Below, piece after piece: positions 56,130 to 64,000 of a stretch of DNA of 64,000 nucleotides. The notes under the pieces were generated by a model. That model did no database searches and was not told where the DNA came from. It saw only the letters and a list, made by a program, of their open reading frames with translations. The stretch lies in assembly GCF_009914755.1 (NCBI RefSeq), contig NC_060925.1. One strand, 5' to 3'. Each line of letters begins with the position of its first letter. Within the stretch, counting starts at the first letter, position 1. The position numbers and the translations under genes are program-made. This DNA is from the human T2T-CHM13v2.0 reference genome, Homo sapiens.

Positions 56130-58556
56130 TATTTGAGTTTGTAAGATTTAAGCATACATATCTAAGGGAAATTATCACTATACATTCTTACAGTAGGCTA
56201 CCTTAAATATTTAAGAAGATTACAGAGCTTGGTGGATCATTGCTAGACCATGTAATGTTCTTTCTCCAACTTATTTTCCTTTCTAATAAACAACCTGGAA
56301 AACTTTGGTTCATATTATTCAATATTTATGCACTGGCTAATTTAAAGAAGCAGTAATCTAAATCCAGAAAGCTTAAAAATACATTTTTAACCAAAGGTAT
56401 TTAAAGAGACAGTAATTGTCTTTACACATCACATTCAACAAAAAAAATCATGAGCTATCTTTAAGGATATATACTCATTGCCCCATCCTCTATCAATTCC
56501 TCAATTTGTGTTAATGGATGAAAAACATCAAACCCTCAACTGCTATTCTCTAAGCTGATTCTCAGTGCCACGCTATTGTATCACACAATCCCCTCACTTC
56601 TGAAAAATATTCTAAACTTTCCCATAAAAACATATTTTGAATTTTGTTTTGAAGTAAAAAGATAAAAGCAAAAAAAAATTAAAAATTAAAAATTATATTT
56701 TTTTTAACTTTTGAAGGTAAACACTGTTTTACAAGGACCCAGCCATGACACTGTCAACAGATTTGACATCACTTTACTCTATGAATCCAAGGTACGTGCC
56801 TTAAGAACATGTTGAACAAAATGTAAGAACATTTTGCCTACATGTTGGTTATTGAAAGACAATGTGAGGCAACTCATTTACATTGGTGGCAGAAATTAAC
56901 CTTCAGAAATGTCACCATAAATACATTTTTAGGCACACATCGTTTTATCCATACATTATTGAATAAAACAAGAATAATTAGGTAAAAATACCAGATTACT
57001 GCTCTACAAAGGCTGAGTGCTTTCATTCAAATGCAAACAAACTACAGTAGATATTTAGATTCAGTGGTAAGAAATAATACCACTTGTAGAGGACTGTGTT
57101 GCCTACTGCTTCTAGAAAGGCTTCAATGTTTAAAGGTAAAAATTAAAATGAGCAAAGGAAATTTTTTTAAACGTGATTTATTTTCTTTGGCTATGTGTCT
57201 TGAAACAGATCAAAATCATTGTATTACACACCTAAGGCAAATAATAATAATGTGTTCTCTGGATTTTATAAAATCAAATCTCAGTGATTTATATTCACCC
57301 TTTCTAATAGTGATGTGCAGATCATTACTGAAAGCATACAATTCTGAGTGAAGCTACAGAGCTATATGTAATTGATATCTTTATCAAGATTTAATATTCC
57401 TCACGGTTGAATAATGACTTCCTTTGGTGAATATATAAAACTTTCACCTTATTTTACCATTGTTTCTTTCATCAATCACAGAGCTACGAGTAATTGGAAT
57501 GTTTTGCTGAGAACAAAGAAAATGTGGAAAAGTATAACTGCCAATGATTTTTAAAATTTATTTTAATTTTAAAACTTCCATTTTACATTAAGTTATATTT
57601 CTAGGAAAGTATTAAAAGTTTGTTGTTTGAAACTCAATACTTCATTATATCAGTGTTGTATCTCTGAATGTCATATATCTAAGAAATCATAATCCATAGT
57701 GGAAAAATCAATTCAACTCAAATGATTCTGCATTTGAAAATATCCAGACAATCTCTTATTAGATTTTAAAAATGTTAAAATATGATTTAAGGAATACTTT
57801 GTATCATTTTTAAGTGTCCAAGGTGCTACTGAGCAAGTCAAAAAAGAAGTTTTATATACAATATGCTGAAAAAAGCTCACTTCAATTAAATCACAAATCT
57901 CTGTTCAAAGAGTTGAAGCAGATTAAAAATAAGAACTTTATAAAAATATAAAAAACAAATTATAATGTACATTATTTTAAAATAACTTTACAACAAATAA
58001 CTTTATAACAATATTAAAAAGGTTACACACTTTTAGAGACTCAACTTATATCAGTGCACCCTCACTGAGGCGGAAGCTAAAATCTTTTCTATTTTTATTT
58101 GTAAAAATAAGTTTTAATGTTTGGATTACAATCTATTCATTTGTGGTTCAAATTTACAATAACTTTTAAATATGTTTAGCTCTGCTTGTATTGTAAATAA
58201 TTTATCTCTATGAAAAATAAGGAAAAAAATCTCTGTTAATTCACTGATCTACAGGTGACCCTAAATGTTTTAAATCAATGAATGTTTAAATATATAATCC
58301 CTAGGTCCTTATGCTACTTTTGACGTTTACTTTTTGTATAACTTTTCTTACACATTTGTACAACTTTGATATGTTTAACAGATGGGTTCATTAAAAGCTA
58401 AGTATTCCAGGTTGCTGTATTGTGCAATTTGTCACCAAAATACTGGCTTTGGTCATATTTGCAAATTGTTTAATTAGCCAGTATTGGCTTACTATCCACA
58501 AGTTAGAGAAAGGCAGACAGCACAATGGCAAAACTAAAATGTCAAAATAAAGCAGC

Positions 58557-58666
58557 GAGTCACCTATTCTACTTAGTTTTTCTGGGACAGTCCCAGTTGA
58601 TGCTTGTTATCAAGGTGAAATTACTAATTGTGCACAAAGCTTGATGAAAGATTAAATGACTATCCT
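58557..58666 (-). mobile_element. MER94-like (hAT-Blackjack) relic
   Basis: ctgggacagtcccagttgatgcttgttatcaaggtgaaattactaattgtgc. Confidence 0.6.
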
Positions 58667-58896
58667 TTTCCAAGAGGAAAATACCATTTTTTTATGAGAC
58701 ATAAAACAGAATCTTATACTCTTAATAAAAATTAAATTATTTAGGAAGACTTGTTTTTTTAAACAGTAACACAATGTCTACCTTTTGGGCAAACCATATG
58801 CCTGTCCAAACTACACAGAATACCACTAATACTTATACAAACGTACACACATTATTCTGTGAAATCTTCATGAACACCATTATAATTAGAAATTAG

Positions 58897-59058
58897 GATC
58901 TGGGTACAGTGGCATGTGCACATAATCCCAGCCACTTGGGAGGCCCAGGTAGGAGGATCCCTTGAGGCCAAGAGTGTGCTATGATTGTGGCTGTAATTAG
59001 CCACTGCACTCTAGCCCGGGCAACACAGTATTAAATAAATGCATAAATAAGCAAAAAA
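58897..59058 (+). mobile_element. FAM (fossil Alu monomer)
   Basis: Monomer keeping the 7SL-like segment gtgtgctatgattgtggctgtaattagccactgcactctagcc. Confidence 0.8.
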
Positions 59059-59189
59059 ATAGAATTTAGAAATAGAAACAGCCACTGTTTGTTGTTTCAA
59101 TAGTAAGTGTGTATTAGTAAAACTTTGGGCTAAAATTATAACAGCTAAAATGAATATTCAAAATACAATAAATTTCAAGTCCTAAAATA

Positions 59190-60110
59190 GTCACAAAAGA
59201 AAAATTTAGCTTAATCCGGGCTTAAAACATTAAAACTTTAAAACAATTACATAAAATTTAAAGGCAAATCACCAAATAGGATATGACTGCAATGAATAAG
59301 ACAATTATAAAATTACCAGCCATAAATAAAACCTACTACGAATCCTTAATGTATCATCAATCTACTACAAAAAGTGGTAAAAAATATGAACTAAATATTA
59401 TAGAATAAAACAAAAGTCCCACAAATATACAAAAAATGTTACATGTATTTGAAAATAAGTAGATAAAATTTTGAAACATTAAAATCTATGAGTATTAAAC
59501 TAACAACTTAAAAAATATAATAACATTTCCATATTGTTAGCTATGTTGAGGGAAAATCACTGCTAATAAGAGTACAAATTTGTACTCGCTTTCTGAAAGT
59601 ATTTAGATTTCTCCAGAAAATGCTCATATTTTTTGAATTGTTGATTTTTTTGAAAACAAAAAGTAATGAAAGTTATATAAAAATCTAATATTTTCAACAT
59701 TTTTGAGGATATTACTCAAACTATTATCTTAACAAATAAATGTTTATATAATCTAAGAAGCAGTGTCTAAATATTAACAAATATTAACATGATTAAAGTA
59801 GTTATGATATATAGTAATATTAAAGTAGTTATGATCTATAGTAATATTAACTATTGGTGATATGTAATGCTATTATAAAAGGTAAATGCAAACATAAACC
59901 CATAAACAACATAATTCCAACTGTGTAAAAATAGATCGGTGCATAGAAAAAAAGGTTTAAAGTAAAATGCTTTAAATTGCTATGTTAATTATGCATGGAT
60001 AGTGAGAGTTTGAGTGGTTTTTATTTTTTACTTTTAATGTATTAGCAAATTTTTACTTAATGACGTTGAACAGTTACAAAAATTGTAAAGTAATTGAAGT
60101 AAAAATAATT
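59190..60110 (+). mobile_element. Degraded old L1 (L1ME-like) ORF2 end and 3' UTR
   Basis: aaaagtggtaaaaaatatgaac, ctgctaataagagtacaaatttgtactcgctttctgaaag. Confidence 0.5.
59792..59845. repeat. 27-bp tandem duplication
   Basis: attaaagtagttatgat[a/c]tatagtaat x2. Confidence 0.9.
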
Positions 60111-60302
60111 GCCCATAGCCTAAGACCTATCTGAAAGTAACAACTGACTTTCTACTCATTCAATATATAATAAATAAAATAATATATACAAATACTTATT
60201 TTGTGGCCAAATTCATGTAACATTAAATTAGCTGTTTAAAAATATGCAATTCAGTGGCATAATCACACATTTACTATATTGTTCAACCATCTTTTTTTCA
60301 GT

Positions 60303-60367
60303 GTGTTCATGTATAAACATGTATATTGTGTTCATGTATAAACATGTATATTGCATTCATGTATATT
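60303..60367. repeat. 25-bp tandem repeat (2 perfect copies plus a partial)
   Basis: gtgttcatgtataaacatgtatatt x2. Confidence 0.9.
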
Positions 60368-60924
60368 ACTAAAAGCTATTTAATTCAGAAAGATTGTTTT
60401 CTTTCTCTCAATTTATATGATTCTATTCAATTATTCCCATGGTTGTATGTTGACTTATGCTGCCTCTGTTTCATTGATGAATACATCTCATTTTCTTAAT
60501 TAGAAGGCAAAAATAAATACATAAAGTTTTTGGTTCACATCAGAAAAAGTTTTTCATAGGGATTGGAGATCCCCTGAAATATATCTAAAAATCCCTAGGG
60601 TACAGCAATTGCCTTTGGAGGAACACTCATAAAAGGTGAACACTGAAGTTTTGTGAGATCACTTAATTACTATGTCATAAGCCAGAGACCATCTTGACAC
60701 ACATACTGTGTAGCAGCATTCCTAACATGCCTGCACTATAGAGAATACATTAGATAGTCACTACAATAAAAGATGTGACATTGTAGCAGCTCACTATTTT
60801 GCATTTTTAGGGGAAGGCAAAGACATTCCAAAGACCACAACAAATAATTACTATACACTTCACAGATGAATATTGCACAGATGTAACATTTTATTTTACA
60901 TTGTATAGCAGAAAAGGTAAGTGC

Positions 60925-61085
60925 TTGCACTGTGGAGTTCAATTTATTGGGCTCAAATTTTAACTTTATTACTTAATAGCTGTGGGGCCTTGGAGGAATT
61001 CTTCAACTTTTCAAAAATTCACTAAACTGAGAAAAATAATAAAGTATATACTCCAGAAGCTAAGATAATGTGAGAATTGATTGAG
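60925..61085 (+). mobile_element. MIR
   Basis: tgggctcaaatttta...acttaatagctgtggggccttggaggaattcttcaac...tgtgagaattgattgag. Confidence 0.65.
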
Positions 61086-62497
61086 TGAACCTACTTAAAG
61101 TAAAGGTGGGGGTGGGTTTACTTGTTGTGGATCCTAGAAGCTCAGTTTGATGGAAGTCAGAACCTGAAGTTTCCTTAATCTTGTCACAGCTATATGAAAA
61201 TGCATAAACTACTTTAAAATAATAAGAAATGAGAGTTCAAGGGCAGTGCTTTGAATTACCAACTAGATAGGGAAAACAATGATATATTTATAACCCAGGA
61301 AACTGTGTGAGAACAGGATTATTTAAGATAAATATTACAGAATTAAGGGTGAGTGACAATCTAACAATGAAAAAATATTCTGGATTCCCAAAAAGTAGTA
61401 AGGGAAAATCACCAGCAATTGGATAATTTGTCTGTATTATTTAGATAAATGCTTCATTTTTATTCACAAAATTAAAGTAATTCAATTTGACATACACTTT
61501 TTAATTAAAAATACAATTTTAGAGATCAGCTTTAATATATTTAAATGAGTTGGAGACACTACTATATTATTTCACAATATTGCAGAAAACTACCATGTTA
61601 AACTGTCTTTGAATTCATTTCTGGGACACACCTGGCAGTGCGACTAAGAGAACTAGGCTATAGAAGGGAATCGAGCTTGTCTTATTTCTAAGCTCACCTT
61701 AGTTCACATTCCTTCAGGGGAAGATATTGATACACTTTTAAAATGAATGTCTATGTCATATATTAGATTAATGAAATGAACAACATTTAGAAGTAAAAAG
61801 ACTCTCCTATTATCAGATAGGCTGACAGGTGTTGGAATAATATAGTAAAAGACATTTAGTTGGTGAGAAAGCATACTATACTGCAAATAGTCTATGTTTG
61901 CCTTCAGCATTTGTTAGATCAAATAAGAATAATGTCTCAGAAAATTTAAAATCTTTTAATGCGTAGAAATGACCATAAAAGAATTATTTTTCTTGCCATG
62001 AAAATGAAGCTGTCTACTGCCTCGAGGGAAAGAAAATAATGGATTTGGAAAGTGACATTCATATTTTAAATATTTCCAGGCCTGGTGATTTGTTTTTTAT
62101 TTGTTATGTTCTACTGTAACTTGGGAGAAACTGGAAATGAATACTGATTAGAAATTTAATCAAAGAATAATGAATGCTATTTTGCCCTTTTTAAACCAAT
62201 AACATTACATTTTTCTCTGAATATATGCTTCCTAATAAAAGCTAATGAAATTAGGACTATAATGCAATTTTTGAAATGGTCATTGATTTGTAAAGGTGCC
62301 TAAAATGTGCTAAGAGACTCTGATAAAGTACTTTACAAAATAAATTTAGACTATAAAATATCTCCAGAAGATATTTTATAATCCAGAAGACTAATAAATG
62401 GTCAAAAGTCAATGATATAATTCTAAGGTATAATGATTGTATTTATAATTTTCTATCACCTCAACCAGACAAAATTTTTCTATTAGAGAGAGACATT

Positions 62498-62720
62498 TTA
62501 TTCATTCAACATTAATTCAAGTACGTATTGAGGGCCAATGTTGTAGCAGCTGCCTAATAGATGGTTGGCATATGGGGATTAAAATGTCATGTACATTTCC
62601 TACTCTTATTGAGATTCACATTCTAGTGGCAAACAGATAACGTAGCTAGTCACAATAGTGTGGGTGTTGACCATGAGAGAAAACATTCTGTTATCAGAGT
62701 ACATAAAATGAACACTTAAA
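62498..62720 (-). mobile_element. L2 3' end fragment
   Basis: ttattcattcaacattaattcaagtacgtattgagggccaatgttg...tcctactcttattgagattcacattctagtgg. Confidence 0.65.
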
Positions 62721-64000
62721 CCTTATGAATTCATGACAATTTTCCTAGAGAAAAGAACACTTACGTCAAGACCTTAACTTCTAACCTAAAATTATTCCCC
62801 AAAGAAACCAGTAGTCATTTCATTCTTTCGAACATGATCACATTGATGCAAATAAAACTTTAGTGTAGCAGGGTCTCAATAATTGTTTGGTAAGGATCTC
62901 TTGAATTTTTAAAAACAAATTCCAAAAATTTTAGTGATGCTTTTAAAAATTGCTTTTATCAAACTAATACACCTACCTAGTTTAGAAATTATATAACAGT
63001 CTCAGACAGATAATAAAAATTGTGCCCCATATCCAAATAACACCCTCCAGAAACAACCGCTTTAAATATTGTAGCCATTTCTTTAGTTACCTTCAGATTT
63101 TCAGCATTACTTTGACTTTGCTTTCTTGATTTTTTAGTTTTAGAAACAATTGCTCTCCCTTATGGAAGGACATTAATTATAGTTTGTTTTAGTTCTTCTC
63201 CTGCTCCCTTCTTGTTCCCTTTAAGTTGCTGTTCTTTCTCATTGTGGTATTCTCTTTCATGCTGAGGACTTTGCTATTAAAAAATAAAAATAAAAAAACA
63301 ATCTCTGGCTTCCATTAAATATTTTAAATATTTTAAAGTAGTGAAAAGTTGATTAGGTGTTTTCTGTTGATGGACAGAAATATATATTCTTGGACTTGAG
63401 AGTAAAGTGATCTGGCAAGGATCAAACGTAAAAATGTCAGCCTCAATAGTAAATGCTGGCTCATTCACCTGTGTGGGTGTCAAAAGTGGTGGTATGCATG
63501 GCAGAAGCCTGGGAATGGTGTACAGGAAAGAGGTAGCAACCCTTGTCATTCTATGCATAGACTTTCTCTTTCACCGTCGTTGTCAATATAATACGTTAAT
63601 TCTGTTCTCAACTGTGCTCAATATCCTGGAGCCCTTCTGTTGATTTTTGCCTAGAATTATCCTTCTGTCTTCCTGTTAGGATGCATAGCAGAACTGGGGG
63701 TGAGGGTGGGATAAAACTGATCCAAATAGTGTTTAAGCAAACTTGTTTTCAGCGGCCAGTTTTCAATCCCATTGCTAATTTCCGGTTGGCATTTCCAATT
63801 ATCTACAAGATAAATTAAATTGCTTCTTGTTGATTTCTCCATCTGCAAAATGTTATGCTTCAGCTTTCACTGTTCTGACAAATATCCATCAAGTATTCAA
63901 CTTGTCAAAAATTTTTTGTAGCACTTTTTTATTCACTCTTGCCTTTTTTCCATTCTTCTTTGCATCCATGGAATTAGATTATTTGTCCGTTTTTTAATGT

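Noticed and set aside
63000-64000. Moderately GC-richer terminal segment with several short ORFs
   Set aside because: Resembles a degraded antisense L1M/HAL1 5' region; I could not support either a gene or a firm repeat call

Overview
AT-rich primate (human-like) non-coding genomic DNA, consistent with a gene desert or a very large intron. I found no host protein-coding exon, processed gene copy, structural RNA gene, NUMT or CRISPR array. The only ORFs with a recognisable product are LINE-1 ORF2p fragments; the other listed ORFs are read-throughs of Alu or LTR sequence, or chance ORFs. A large part of the window is interspersed repeat: about 9 dimeric Alus plus FLAM and FAM monomers, young and old L1s (L1PA3, L1PA7-like, L1PA13-16, L1M), MaLR LTRs (THE1/MST/MLT1), MLT2, ERV1 solo LTRs (MER50-, MER52-, MER57-, LTR43-like and a MER4A piece), L2, MIR and DNA-transposon relics (MER2, Tigger3a, MER63, MER94, MER5). 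Subfamily names come from my recall of consensus sequences, not from a search. I cannot support a new gene system here. The most notable items are records of unusual DNA-level events: (1) a 124-bp ungapped copy of a local MIR inside a younger ERV1 LTR 3 kb away; (2) a polyadenylated, TSD-flanked MER4A LTR fragment that looks like ERV RNA retrocopied by L1; (3) an L1 with both a twin-priming 5' inversion and a 3' transduction, nested in an older head-to-head L1 pair; (4) two Alus 7.4 kb apart that share rare substitutions and have reciprocal J/S mosaic arms; (5) several locally templated insertions and short tandem duplications.
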